The translations under genes were made by a program, and so were the position numbers. Positions 3,896 to 12,487 of a stretch of DNA of 64,000 nt are shown one piece after another; position 1 is the first letter of the stretch, and every line of letters starts with the position of its first letter. The notes beneath the pieces are model-generated. The model did no database searches. It was not told where the DNA came from and saw only the letters and a list, made by a program, of their open reading frames with translations. This DNA is from a virus (Duplodnaviria > Caudoviricetes), in IMG/VR virus record IMGVR_UViG_3300026035_000001, positions 1,634-65,633 of that record. The stretch is one strand, 5' to 3'.

Positions 3896-4618
3896 CTACT
3901 TCGGAAATTGCCTGATCATCAGATCGTCCGGGATTGCAGTCTTTCCGGTCATCTGCTTCATGAAGAACGGAACCTCCCGCTCGGCGCATTCGTCGCGGAG
4001 CTCCCGCGCCCAGGCCGGCTCCATCATGCGGGCGCCGGGCCCGCTCTCTCCGCCGCAGATCAGCCAATCCGGGAGATGAGATTTTGGAAACTTGCGCGTG
4101 GTGAGCGGACCGAGCGCTGGTTCATAGGAGATAAACCGCACGATGGCGGGGAGCTCCAGCATGATCTCCCACCGGCGGTCGAAAGCGTCCTGGTCTTCGG
4201 TCGTGGTGCCGAGCCAGATATTGCCCGGGAACCAGAACGGATGCATCATCTTTTCGATGTTCTCCGGGCGCTTGGTCAAGAGCAGCCAATCAAGCTCTGG
4301 CGTATCCATGATCATATGGAACAGGTCGGCCCGCGCGCCGGCAGGGGCCTTGTTGTCGAACACGTCGGCAAGGCTGGCACAGAAGACGCGCGGGCGCCGG
4401 CCAGAGGCTTTGGCAGCCTTGGCCCATCGGTAGGGCTGGCGCCAGTTTGACGCACTGGTGCGCACGCGGGCGCCGTGAGGACCCCATTCGACGCGATGGT
4501 ATCGCTTGTCCATCAGGGTCTCCGCATAGCAAAGGTCGCAGCCGGCGGAGACCTTCTGGCAGCCGATCCAGGGGTTGAACGTATGATCGCACCATGCGAT
4601 TGCAGTTTTCTCGCCCAT
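3896..4618 (-). CDS. DUF5131 (phage Gp37/Gp68) family protein
   Basis: IAWCDHTFNPWIGCQKVSAGCDLCYAE, VFCASLADVFD, LLLTKRP, RFISYEPALG, WLICGGESG, FFMKQM; start at MGEKT by TGATG coupling. Confidence 0.9.
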   Translation of the reverse strand: MGEKTAIAWCDHTFNPWIGCQKVSAGCDLCYAETLMDKRYHRVEWGPHGARVRTSASNWRQPYRWAKAAKASGRRPRVFCASLADVFDNKAPAGARADLFHMIMDTPELDWLLLTKRPENIEKMMHPFWFPGNIWLGTTTEDQDAFDRRWEIMLELPAIVRFISYEPALGPLTTRKFPKSHLPDWLICGGESGPGARMMEPAWARELRDECAEREVPFFMKQMTGKTAIPDDLMIRQFPK

Positions 4619-5031
4619 CAGATCGGTTCCCATTTGATCAGGTCGCCATTGAAGTAACCGACTCCATGCTCCTGGCGCCAGAAATCGTACATATCGCCGC
4701 AGTCGTTGAAACCGTCGGCTTGGGCGAAATCGATTCGCTCAAGATCGGACAGCCAGTGCTTGCCGACGCGGATATCGAGGCCGTAAGGGGTTGGCGAGAC
4801 ATTGATCCGGATCGGGACCACCTCGATGCAGCGGGCCTCGCCGATCTTCTGACAGTGCTTTGTCCTCTGGGCATAGTAAAGCTGCAGGATTTCCCCCGGC
4901 CGAGCGTGGCGCCGCCGCGGCAGGCGGATTGTCTGCCGCTTTGGTGCGCAATCGAATGACAGGCTGACCGACGACAGGCCAACCCGGATCGGCTGCACAA
5001 ACCGCTGTTTGAAGCTATAGGCGACCATCAT
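4618..5031 (-). CDS. ASCH/PUA-like domain protein
   Basis: YSFKQRFVQPI...KRQTIR...RPGEILQLY...FAQADGF pattern typical of ASCH-like phage proteins. Confidence 0.7.
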   Translation of the reverse strand: MMVAYSFKQRFVQPIRVGLSSVSLSFDCAPKRQTIRLPRRRHARPGEILQLYYAQRTKHCQKIGEARCIEVVPIRINVSPTPYGLDIRVGKHWLSDLERIDFAQADGFNDCGDMYDFWRQEHGVGYFNGDLIKWEPI

Positions 5032-5240
5032 GCTCTCCGGTGATAGACGCCGATGCCCTTGTTCGGCGTGCCGGTGCGGGTGATCACGTCATCGGCGAGC
5101 ATGGTGCTGACCGCACGCAATACCTTCTGCGTCGAGAGGCCGGTTGTGGCGGAGATGTCTTTCAGGCTGGCGCCGGCCGGCGGGATTGCGCTCAGGACCC
5201 CATTAAGTATTGCGACGTCTTCGCTTCCACGGTTTTCCAT
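5028..5240 (-). CDS. winged-HTH protein
   Basis: ASLKDISATTGLSTQKVLRAVSTML...ITRTG; start refined to MENRG. Confidence 0.65.
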   Translation of the reverse strand: MENRGSEDVAILNGVLSAIPPAGASLKDISATTGLSTQKVLRAVSTMLADDVITRTGTPNKGIGVYHRRA

Positions 5241-5437
5241 CGTTTCCCCTTGATGATGCTTTCGATGCACCATTCTGACACGCCGTAAGCGACGGCGAGG
5301 CGCTTGGCCAGTCCGTTAGTTCCGCGCGCGAAGCCGGCCTTTCTTCGCTCGTGGCGGTCCAGGCGCACGATGCCGCGAATCATCGCAACCTCGGTGGCCG
5401 TCAATTTGACCGGAAACTCGTATCGCTTCTTGCCCAC
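5192..5437 (-). CDS. HTH DNA-binding protein
   Basis: KLTATEVAMIR...LAVAYGVSEWCIESIIKGKRWK; GTG start just after the upstream stop. Confidence 0.65.
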   Translation of the reverse strand: MGKKRYEFPVKLTATEVAMIRGIVRLDRHERRKAGFARGTNGLAKRLAVAYGVSEWCIESIIKGKRWKTVEAKTSQYLMGS

Positions 5438-5441
5438 GTGG

Positions 5442-5843
5442 TCACCGTGGCGGCGGCAGGAGCGGCGTTGTTTCACCGGCATAGACCTTGGCGATTGTCG
5501 CGCTCGTGTGGTCGCCGACGGTTTTCCCGTCGGGCATCACTACATGGGCCAAGAAGGCTTCTTCGAACGTCTCGATCTTGCTGTCGACCGCTTCCAGCTT
5601 GGCCTTGATGCAGAGCAGGAGTGCGCGCCAGCGCTGCCGCGCCATCTGGCCTTTGCGGTCATCCTGGTCCTTGGGCAATGGTAGATCGAAGCGAATGCGC
5701 CGGTTCTTCGCTTCGAAGACCACGATGGCACGCTGGCCCTCTGCGAAATAAGCGAATCGGTCAGCACCATATTTCTTCAACGTGGCCTCGATCTCGCCCC
5801 TGGAACGCTCGACCGGCACATCGGTTCTGGCTGCGTACATCAC
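5442..5843 (-). CDS. conserved phage hypothetical protein
   Basis: YAARTDVPVERSRGEIEATLKKYGA...RWRALLLCIKAKLEAV...FEEAFLAHVVMPDG. Confidence 0.8.
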   Translation of the reverse strand: MMYAARTDVPVERSRGEIEATLKKYGADRFAYFAEGQRAIVVFEAKNRRIRFDLPLPKDQDDRKGQMARQRWRALLLCIKAKLEAVDSKIETFEEAFLAHVVMPDGKTVGDHTSATIAKVYAGETTPLLPPPR

Positions 5844-6454
5844 TTGCTCTTTTTGTCGTAAGGGTCCTTGACCGGCGGCATCATGTTCTGGTCGCGAAGC
5901 GCGCGCAGGATGTTGAGCGCGCGTGTGGCGCCGTGGATCGCGCGGTGCGGCTTGGGCTCCTGTTCAAAGCCGAAATGGATGCAGGCTTCATCCATCGTCG
6001 GAACCTTGCTGCGCCCGGCCGCGGTCTTGGCGTTGACCAGTTTCCGGCAGCCCTGCATCACGCACATATAGCGGGTCTGCATGTAGCGATCCGGATAGCC
6101 GGAGTGGCGGAGCTCGGCGCGCATCATCTTGATGTCGAACGGCGCGTTGAATGCGACGATCAGCCGGCGCTCATCGATCGCGGCGCCATAGTCGCGTGCG
6201 ATCTCGCGGACCGGGACTCCCTCGGCCTCAAGCCGCTGCTGGGTGAGACCATTCACGCGGGCGGCCTCGCTGTCGTCGCGCAGCAGCCAGCCCTCCGGCT
6301 TGATGAGGTGGTCGATGGTGCGCTCGATCTCCAGGGCATCGTTGACGAATAGCAGCGCGGCCTCACAGAGCCGGGGCTGGCCGATCGCATCGGCCGGCTT
6401 GGTGAAGTCGAACAGATCGCTGGTCTCCACGTCCATCACGAGATATTTTGTCAT
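5840..6454 (-). CDS. DnaQ-like DEDDh 3'-5' exonuclease
   Basis: ExoI DVETS, ExoII FNAPFD, ExoIII HRAIHG (terminal Asp absent); start MTKY. Confidence 0.85.
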   Translation of the reverse strand: MTKYLVMDVETSDLFDFTKPADAIGQPRLCEAALLFVNDALEIERTIDHLIKPEGWLLRDDSEAARVNGLTQQRLEAEGVPVREIARDYGAAIDERRLIVAFNAPFDIKMMRAELRHSGYPDRYMQTRYMCVMQGCRKLVNAKTAAGRSKVPTMDEACIHFGFEQEPKPHRAIHGATRALNILRALRDQNMMPPVKDPYDKKSK

Positions 6455-6966
6455 GCCGATCTCCCTGCATTGTCCTGTAGCTGGCGGGTGCTGGTGTGGA
6501 TCATGGCCGAGATCGCATCCAGGACCGCCCACTTGGATGCTTGGAACTCTTTTTTACCCATTGCCGCGAGAGACTGTGATTTTGCCTCGTAAACGCGGAT
6601 CACGTTCCCGCGCACCTCGACGATGCCGTATTGGTGCAGCGGTGCTATATAAGCCGCCATAATTGCCGCGTCGTGCGCGGTGTCGCAGACCGTAACCTTT
6701 TCGTTGGCATATCCGGACTTGATCAGCATCTTTTTCCGCAGCGCATCTGGAGAGGGATATTCCGCGTCCAAGGCTTCGGGGAGATTCTTCCAGGCCTCGT
6801 TGATCGAGGCGAAGTAATGGCTGTGCGAGTTCATGTCGCGCTCCTCGTGGCGCTCCAGCATGACGATCTCGCCGTCGCCAAACTGCTCGCGGCATTGGCG
6901 CAGCTGGCTGTTCTGCGGAACGAAATGGGTGCCGGTCCACATGCACCGGATCGGGCGCTGACGCAT
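6451..6966 (-). CDS. NinB/DUF1367-like recombination accessory protein
   Basis: SHSHYFASINEAWKNLPE...PDALRKKMLIKSGY...SLAAMGKKEF; sits in the recombination cluster. Confidence 0.6.
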   Translation of the reverse strand: MRQRPIRCMWTGTHFVPQNSQLRQCREQFGDGEIVMLERHEERDMNSHSHYFASINEAWKNLPEALDAEYPSPDALRKKMLIKSGYANEKVTVCDTAHDAAIMAAYIAPLHQYGIVEVRGNVIRVYEAKSQSLAAMGKKEFQASKWAVLDAISAMIHTSTRQLQDNAGRSA

Positions 6967-6969
6967 TGA

Positions 6970-7134
6970 TCATCTCCAGCCGGTCAGACTCATAACAGCC
7001 AAAATTGCACAGAAACTGATGATCCACCCCCAGGTCCCGACGACCTGTTTTTTACCCGATCCAATGTCATGGCCCTGGCCGAAAGCAAAAAACGACCCGG
7101 CCATATAAAGCATAAAAACGACTAAATCCCTCAT
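6970..7134 (-). CDS. small membrane protein
   Basis: 54 aa with two hydrophobic stretches; ATGA coupling. Confidence 0.55.
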   Translation of the reverse strand: MRDLVVFMLYMAGSFFAFGQGHDIGSGKKQVVGTWGWIISFCAILAVMSLTGWR

Positions 7135-7751
7135 GTGACACCTCGGATCAATTCGACGATTTGGTCGACTTCCTTGTTGAAGATGTGAACCTGCCCCTCC
7201 AGATGCTCGATAAAGGAAACGTCCTTGTCGAACCGGTGAATGAACAGCGGCAGGCCTTTGCAATAGATCGCCAGATCAATCCACTTTCGCCGCGCCACCA
7301 TCAACCCGCCCTGGCATTGGGCGTAATGCATGGTCGGCGGCAGTCGGCGGCGCCAGATGTCGATCAGGAGGTGCGGCTCGGTCGATTTGAACTCGACCAT
7401 GCCATCGTCGCCGATCAAACCGTCCGGGCTGCACCCGCACCGATAGCCGCGGATGAAGCCGACGCGCTGCACCGTATGCCCGGTGAGGAACTCGTACTGC
7501 TGTAGCGCTTCCGGTTCATCGACGTGGCCGCGCTCCATGGCGGCGTTCTTCCATGTCTCCATGGGAACGCCGGTGATGCGCTCGCCGGCCAACTGGTTCA
7601 GATAGGTGCGGCGCGTCTTGCTCTCGCCACCGGCGCCCCTGCCTTCCTCGCGCAGCACCTCATTGAAGCGGCTGGCTGTCGGCAGCCCGAGCCGAGCCGC
7701 GAACCATTCCGGAGAACCCTGCTCGCAGTCGATGATATCTGGCTCGATCAC
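7131..7751 (-). CDS. YqaJ/lambda-type exonuclease
   Basis: EQGSPEWFAARLGLPTASRF, GHVDEPEA, CSPDGLI, VEFKS, YAQCQG. Confidence 0.93.
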   Translation of the reverse strand: MIEPDIIDCEQGSPEWFAARLGLPTASRFNEVLREEGRGAGGESKTRRTYLNQLAGERITGVPMETWKNAAMERGHVDEPEALQQYEFLTGHTVQRVGFIRGYRCGCSPDGLIGDDGMVEFKSTEPHLLIDIWRRRLPPTMHYAQCQGGLMVARRKWIDLAIYCKGLPLFIHRFDKDVSFIEHLEGQVHIFNKEVDQIVELIRGVT

Positions 7752-8530
7752 TGCGGCTCACCCTGGCTTGCGGTCCTGGCCTGCTCGGCGCGCAGTTTGC
7801 GCTCCAGCTGCCGCCTTGCCTCATCGAACAATTTGGCCGGGATCGCGGCGAAGCTTGAGACCTTCATTACCTTGCAGAACTTGGCCTTGTCGGCGCCGGC
7901 CTCATCGGCGAGGGCCACGAGCTCGGCTAACTGCTCCTGGCTAATTGGCTCGATGCCGGCGGCGCGGTTGCCGTCATCGTCGGCCGGGCGCCCGGGATCG
8001 CCGATCGTGACATTGAAGATCGCGAGTTCCAGGTAGCGCTTGCCATAGGAGAAGCCGGAGCCGCCGGCATGCGTCTTCGTCATCACGTCATTGCCCTTCG
8101 GGCCCTTGGTATCGATTGCGACGTCGTATTGGTAACGGCGGGTGAAGAGGCCGCGCCCGACGTAGCAAACCACGCGCATATGCCCCTCGATGGGACAGTC
8201 GGTGGTGTCGAAACTCAGGCTGAATCGGTATTTCGAATAGATCGGCCGCAGCGCCTTGTCGACGGCATAGAGCGTGGCGTATTTGCTCCTGGTGCTGTCG
8301 TTGGCAGCGTCAGCCTCGATCGGCCGCATCTCCTCCTGGCAGTCTACCAGCGCCTGATTGAATGCTTCCTCGGCATCATCGAGCCGCATCTGCCGGCGGA
8401 GCTCGGCGATCTCTTTCAGCCGAGGGACCGGGATCGATGGGTTGCTGGCGATCCGCAGCAATTGCTCATCGAACGACATCGGTTCCCGGACCTGATCCAG
8501 GGTTATGACTTCCTTTTTCCGCGCAGCCAT
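7748..8530 (-). CDS. erf: ERF-family single-strand annealing protein
   Basis: KYATLYAVDKALRP...GSGFSYGKRYLELAIFNV...DDDGN; adjacent to the exonuclease. Confidence 0.88.
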   Translation of the reverse strand: MAARKKEVITLDQVREPMSFDEQLLRIASNPSIPVPRLKEIAELRRQMRLDDAEEAFNQALVDCQEEMRPIEADAANDSTRSKYATLYAVDKALRPIYSKYRFSLSFDTTDCPIEGHMRVVCYVGRGLFTRRYQYDVAIDTKGPKGNDVMTKTHAGGSGFSYGKRYLELAIFNVTIGDPGRPADDDGNRAAGIEPISQEQLAELVALADEAGADKAKFCKVMKVSSFAAIPAKLFDEARRQLERKLRAEQARTASQGEPQ

Positions 8531-8751
8531 TCGTCGCCTCCTATTTCCACGTATTGTTCCGCAACCTTGGCCGCGAAAAGACGGTCAACCGCCTTGATCT
8601 CTCCGCCGCATACTCCGCCGTCCTCGCGAATACCGAGGATTCGCCAGATAGGGTCGATATCGACACCAGAGGGCGGCATTACCAGAAAGCCTCGACCGCA
8701 GGACGTGCAGATCAACACCGGGTTCGTATCTGGCTTGAGAATCGTACTCAT
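8503..8751 (-). CDS. hypothetical protein
   Basis: 82 aa, CxxC; coupled stop/start. Confidence 0.55.
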   Translation of the reverse strand: MSTILKPDTNPVLICTSCGRGFLVMPPSGVDIDPIWRILGIREDGGVCGGEIKAVDRLFAAKVAEQYVEIGGDEWLRGKRKS

Positions 8752-9842
8752 TTTTCCACCCGATATGTCTTGACGATCTTTCCCAAGCGCTCATCGCCGC
8801 GGTTGTGCTCTCTCACCTTGACCAGTCGGGTGCCGCCGTCGGGCGTCTTGATCCGCCGCAGGTGGTGGCGCACTTCATGGAACCTCTTCTTGTGGCCAGA
8901 GATCACCCGCGCGGCAACTTTATCCGCGGTCATCTTGCGGCCGAGTTTGATGGTGAGCACCTTATGCTCGATCGGAAATAGCGTCTTTCCTTTGGCCTCG
9001 AAGGGCGCCGCGGCGCTCGGCGCCTGCGGGGAAAACGAAGGGGTCGCGCCGGCATTGGAGGCGCCCAGCGTCAGCAGCAGGGCAAAGATGTAGCGGAGTT
9101 CGCCAGAAAGCTCGAACATCAGGTCGACTTCCTGGCGGCTCAATACAAATTCCCCCTCGCCGGGGATCGGCCATGCTTTTGTAATGGAAGCGTCGTCAGT
9201 GAGAACGCCACTTCCTTTCATGTTGAAGCACATGCGGTCATTATTGGCGACCGAGGTTGGCGTATCCTTGGGCGATTGGATGCCGCGCGCGCCGGTGCGC
9301 CAGCGATAGGCCATAGGGGCGATAACCGGGCCCTGCAGCGTCACGCAACAATAGTTCGCGAGGTATTCGTCGCCGTGCGAGGTGATCAGCCAACCGACGC
9401 GCGCGACCGGATCATTGCTGGCCATCTCCGACAGTTTATGGCCGAGCTCGACGATGCGCCGCAGCCGCGCCACGTTGTCAATTTCGAACCATGTCGTCGG
9501 GAACGGCGGCGCCGCCAGTTGGCGAACGCTGTCGAGATCGGTGGAGATTGCGATGCTGAAATCGGCCAGCAGCGCCGATGTCGCGGTATCGATCGTGAAG
9601 CAGTGCGCTTTCCGCAATGCGGTACGGAATGCATAGATATCATTGACCCATTGCAGGCCGATCGGGCGAGAAAATGTCGCCTCATGGATGATATCGATCA
9701 GCGGACGGTCGACCTCGGCATTGGCCAAGATGCCTTTGCGGATCGGCATGCCCTGGCCAATGCGCATATAGCCGGCCGGCGGCTGGCTCGGATCGGGCCG
9801 CACCGCGGTGTTGTAGAGCCAATCGCCGGTGATCTTGCTCAT
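8748..9842 (-). CDS. hypothetical protein
   Basis: 364-aa ORF, C-terminal RFHEVRHHLRR...VREHNRGD; coupled at both ends. Confidence 0.8.
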   Translation of the reverse strand: MSKITGDWLYNTAVRPDPSQPPAGYMRIGQGMPIRKGILANAEVDRPLIDIIHEATFSRPIGLQWVNDIYAFRTALRKAHCFTIDTATSALLADFSIAISTDLDSVRQLAAPPFPTTWFEIDNVARLRRIVELGHKLSEMASNDPVARVGWLITSHGDEYLANYCCVTLQGPVIAPMAYRWRTGARGIQSPKDTPTSVANNDRMCFNMKGSGVLTDDASITKAWPIPGEGEFVLSRQEVDLMFELSGELRYIFALLLTLGASNAGATPSFSPQAPSAAAPFEAKGKTLFPIEHKVLTIKLGRKMTADKVAARVISGHKKRFHEVRHHLRRIKTPDGGTRLVKVREHNRGDERLGKIVKTYRVEK

Positions 9843-10291
9843 CGAAATCCCCTGGTGTTTTTCGGGAATGGCCGCGACGGAATCTTATGCTTCGGGCGCC
9901 GTGATGCCTTGGTCCGTTTCTCCAGCTTCGCGAATTTTGCCTTTAGGCCGATGTCGGAGCCTTTGGTGGTGATGGTGCGCTCGGCGCCGGGCTTGCGACC
10001 GGTGGTTTTCTGCTGGTGCTCGGCTTTCTCGCGGTAGACCAGATAGGCCGGATCGTTGGCCAGTGGCGAATAGAAGCCGTCGACATAGGGGCGCAGGATC
10101 AGCGCGGGATCGTGGTCAAGCTGGGCGCCCTTCGGCAGGTGCCCGAGCAGGATCATGAGGCGCTTGCCAAGCGTCAGCCGCCCTCTCTCGACTGCCAGAG
10201 AATAGAGCTCCCACCATGCGCCCTTCGGCACGTCGCGCTCGGCGACTTCCACCCGGACGGCCAGCGGGATGTAGGGGCGGGGCCGCTTCAT
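9839..10291 (-). CDS. HNH-like protein
   Basis: LDHDPAL...ANDP...EHQQKT degenerate HNH pattern. Confidence 0.55.
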   Translation of the reverse strand: MKRPRPYIPLAVRVEVAERDVPKGAWWELYSLAVERGRLTLGKRLMILLGHLPKGAQLDHDPALILRPYVDGFYSPLANDPAYLVYREKAEHQQKTTGRKPGAERTITTKGSDIGLKAKFAKLEKRTKASRRPKHKIPSRPFPKNTRGFR

Positions 10292-10518
10292 GGCTCGTAT
10301 CCTCCAAAGACGTCAGAGGCATCTTCACGCAGGGGCTCCACCTCATCGAAAGAGCCACCGGTGATCTCGCCATGGACCAAGCGACCGGTAACGGCCAGAG
10401 CAAAATCCTCTGGCCGCAACTCGACGCGGATGCGTTGCCTACCACGCTTGATGGTGATCGCGATCGGCGGCGGGTCGACCGGGCCATGCATGGGCGCGAT
10501 GGTGATCTCGACCTTCAC
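10288..10518 (-). CDS. hypothetical protein
   Basis: 76-aa coupled ORF. Confidence 0.65.
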   Translation of the reverse strand: MKVEITIAPMHGPVDPPPIAITIKRGRQRIRVELRPEDFALAVTGRLVHGEITGGSFDEVEPLREDASDVFGGYEP

Positions 10519-11423
10519 CGCGTCACGCCCTTATTGCGCTGGCCGATCTCGGCGCCTTCCATCCTGGTCCGATAGCCGGTGGCCTTGGCCCAGCCGCGCA
10601 GAGCCTTCTCGATCTCGGCGTCGGTGAAGTATGGCCGCAGCGCGTTCATATCGACCTTGTTGCGGTCGACCAGCAGCGCGTAGTTTTCCTTGGCAGAGGT
10701 GAGCAGCACGCCGGCTCCGGAGGCATCGCTGCCACGGGTGCGCACTAGATCGGCGGTAGAAGCCAGCGAATTGAGACGCGCCTCCTCCGCCTGTTCGGCC
10801 TGTCGCTTGGCCTCGATCTCGACCTCGATCGCGCGGCGCTCCTGCTCGACGGCCGCGGCGCTCTTGGTCGCGATGTTCTCCGGCTTGCGCGCGCGCTCCG
10901 CGGCCAGCCGGGCTTCCTCGGCCTGTCGCGCCTCCTCAGCGGCCTTGCGGGCGGCCTCTTGCGCCACGCGCGCAGCTTCGGCCTGCTCAGCGGCAAGGCG
11001 AGCGCGCTCGACGGCCAGCTTGCGATCCTGGTAGTCGTTGATGCGGGCCTGCAGAACGTCGGCGGCGCCGGGCTTGGCGGAACGGTCGGTCTTGACCCTC
11101 TTGCCGATCTTGTCGCGCAGGGCATTAAAGAACGAGTCCACCGCGTTGCCGCCGCGCAGGTACGGCTCTTTCTCCAGGACCCGCACCGCCTCGACCCGGC
11201 CGTCGAGATCGCGGAAGCGCTTGATCAGCGCGCCGCTCGACAGGGCGTCCTCATCGTTGTGGATCGGGCTCGGCAGCGCGCGGGCCTGATCGAGCATTTC
11301 GGCCAAGGTGGTGTTGAACTCGGCATATTCCGCCGCGATGCGCTCGGTAACGAGCTTGGCATAATCCGGAGCCTCATTGGAACCGGGGACAGCGCGAGGA
11401 TTAAGGGGTTCGTTCAAGGGCAT
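10515..11423 (-). CDS. coiled-coil hypothetical protein
   Basis: GGGAG SD before MPLNE; long Ala/Glu/Arg coiled coil. Confidence 0.8.
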   Translation of the reverse strand: MPLNEPLNPRAVPGSNEAPDYAKLVTERIAAEYAEFNTTLAEMLDQARALPSPIHNDEDALSSGALIKRFRDLDGRVEAVRVLEKEPYLRGGNAVDSFFNALRDKIGKRVKTDRSAKPGAADVLQARINDYQDRKLAVERARLAAEQAEAARVAQEAARKAAEEARQAEEARLAAERARKPENIATKSAAAVEQERRAIEVEIEAKRQAEQAEEARLNSLASTADLVRTRGSDASGAGVLLTSAKENYALLVDRNKVDMNALRPYFTDAEIEKALRGWAKATGYRTRMEGAEIGQRNKGVTR

Positions 11424-11433
11424 TGGGGTCTCC

Positions 11434-11526
11434 CTAGAAAAAGAGGTGAATGACGAAAGCAGCAACGGCGAGCACGAAGCCTGCCGCGCCGCAGCAGGCG
11501 ACGTCGAGGTGGGTGAGCGGCTTCAC
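11434..11526 (-). CDS. 30-aa membrane peptide
   Basis: Own translation VKPLTHLDVACCGAAGFVLAVAAFVIHLFF; GTGA coupling; below the ORF-track cutoff. Confidence 0.45.
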   Translation of the reverse strand: MKPLTHLDVACCGAAGFVLAVAAFVIHLFF

Positions 11527-11789
11527 GACTTGGCCACGCTGAACAGGCAAGACAGCGCGGCCTTATTGGGCGTTTCCACCCAGGTGGCCTCGCCGCTATC
11601 CAAGACGTGCTTCACCTCTCCGGCGAGCCCGGCAATATTGCGGCCGGTGGTGCGGGTGGCGCGGCGACCGTTGACGGACTGCCAAACGATGGTCTCACCG
11701 GTGTTGCTGTTGGCGCCGATGAAAAGCGCGGTCTTGTTCCCGTTGGAGAACTGGAGGATGCCGATCGGGGAAGCGGACTTGTTGATCAT
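11523..11789 (-). CDS. hypothetical protein
   Basis: GGAG SD before MINKS; ATGA coupling. Confidence 0.65.
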   Translation of the reverse strand: MINKSASPIGILQFSNGNKTALFIGANSNTGETIVWQSVNGRRATRTTGRNIAGLAGEVKHVLDSGEATWVETPNKAALSCLFSVAKS

Positions 11790-11983
11790 GTTGTGCTCCT
11801 GGCATTTCTGCCGTCTGCAGCCAAAACCAGACCGTCCGTGGTACGGCGATCGACCCAGCGCTCGATGCTCCAAACCAAATCGAACCGGCCCAACGGAACC
11901 TGATCATAGGAGATAAAGTCGCGGCCCTCGACGAAGCCGCGCTTTGCCGCCATGATGCCTTGGCCCTTGCTCAGAACAATCAT
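11786..11983 (-). CDS. hypothetical protein
   Basis: Start 11983 (GAGG SD) or 11953; coupled downstream. Confidence 0.5.
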   Translation of the reverse strand: MIVLSKGQGIMAAKRGFVEGRDFISYDQVPLGRFDLVWSIERWVDRRTTDGLVLAADGRNARSTT

Positions 11984-11984
11984 T

Positions 11985-12140
11985 TCAGGCCTCGGTGATG
12001 GTGACGGTCGCAACGATGCCCTCTGCCGCATAGTCAGCGATGAGGTGCGCCGCGGCGCGTTCTGCGCCAGCCTTGGAGAGGAACTCTACATTAGAGATGG
12101 AAAGGCCGGTCGAGAGCTTGGCGGAAACGAGGTAGACCAT
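11985..12140 (-). CDS. 51-aa hypothetical protein, first gene of the leftward operon
   Basis: Own translation MVYLVSAKLSTGLSISNVEFLSKAGAERAAAHLIADYAAEGIVATVTITEA; GGAG SD. Confidence 0.65.
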   Translation of the reverse strand: MVYLVSAKLSTGLSISNVEFLSKAGAERAAAHLIADYAAEGIVATVTITEA

Positions 12141-12182
12141 GTGATGCTCCAGAGCCGCGATGGCTCGTTTCGGTGTACCCCC

Positions 12183-12224
12183 TATTTACGCCCGGTCGCC
12201 GCTATTGTCAACCTCGCGTTGACG
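12183..12224. promoter_or_regulatory. back-to-back sigma70-type promoters with palindromic operator
   Basis: Minus strand TTGACA-N17-TAAATA (12211-12183); plus strand TTGACG at 12219; the two -35 boxes form the inverted repeat GTCAAC-N5-GTTGAC. Confidence 0.7.
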
Positions 12225-12241
12225 TGATAATCAGACAAATC

Positions 12242-12466
12242 ATGAAAAATGCGCTTTCCCCGATCCCAGCGACTGATGAGGAGGCCTTCGCCGATCTGAC
12301 GGCAAAGGACGGTTGGGGTTGGACCAAGACGCAAGTTGCCGATTTTTTGGGGATTTCGAAACAGGCGGTCAGTAAGTGGAAGACTTTGCCCGTGAAATAT
12401 GTGACCGTAATCAACCAAAAGACCGGAATACCCAAAGCGCATCTCCGACCCTCGGATTTTGCGTAA
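12242..12466 (+). CDS. Cro-like HTH regulator
   Basis: TKTQVADFLGISKQAVSKW...TGIPKAHLRPSDF (Cro/YdaS-like). Confidence 0.85.
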   Translation: MKNALSPIPATDEEAFADLTAKDGWGWTKTQVADFLGISKQAVSKWKTLPVKYVTVINQKTGIPKAHLRPSDFA

Positions 12467-12487
12467 AACAACGGAGCGAGAACACCC

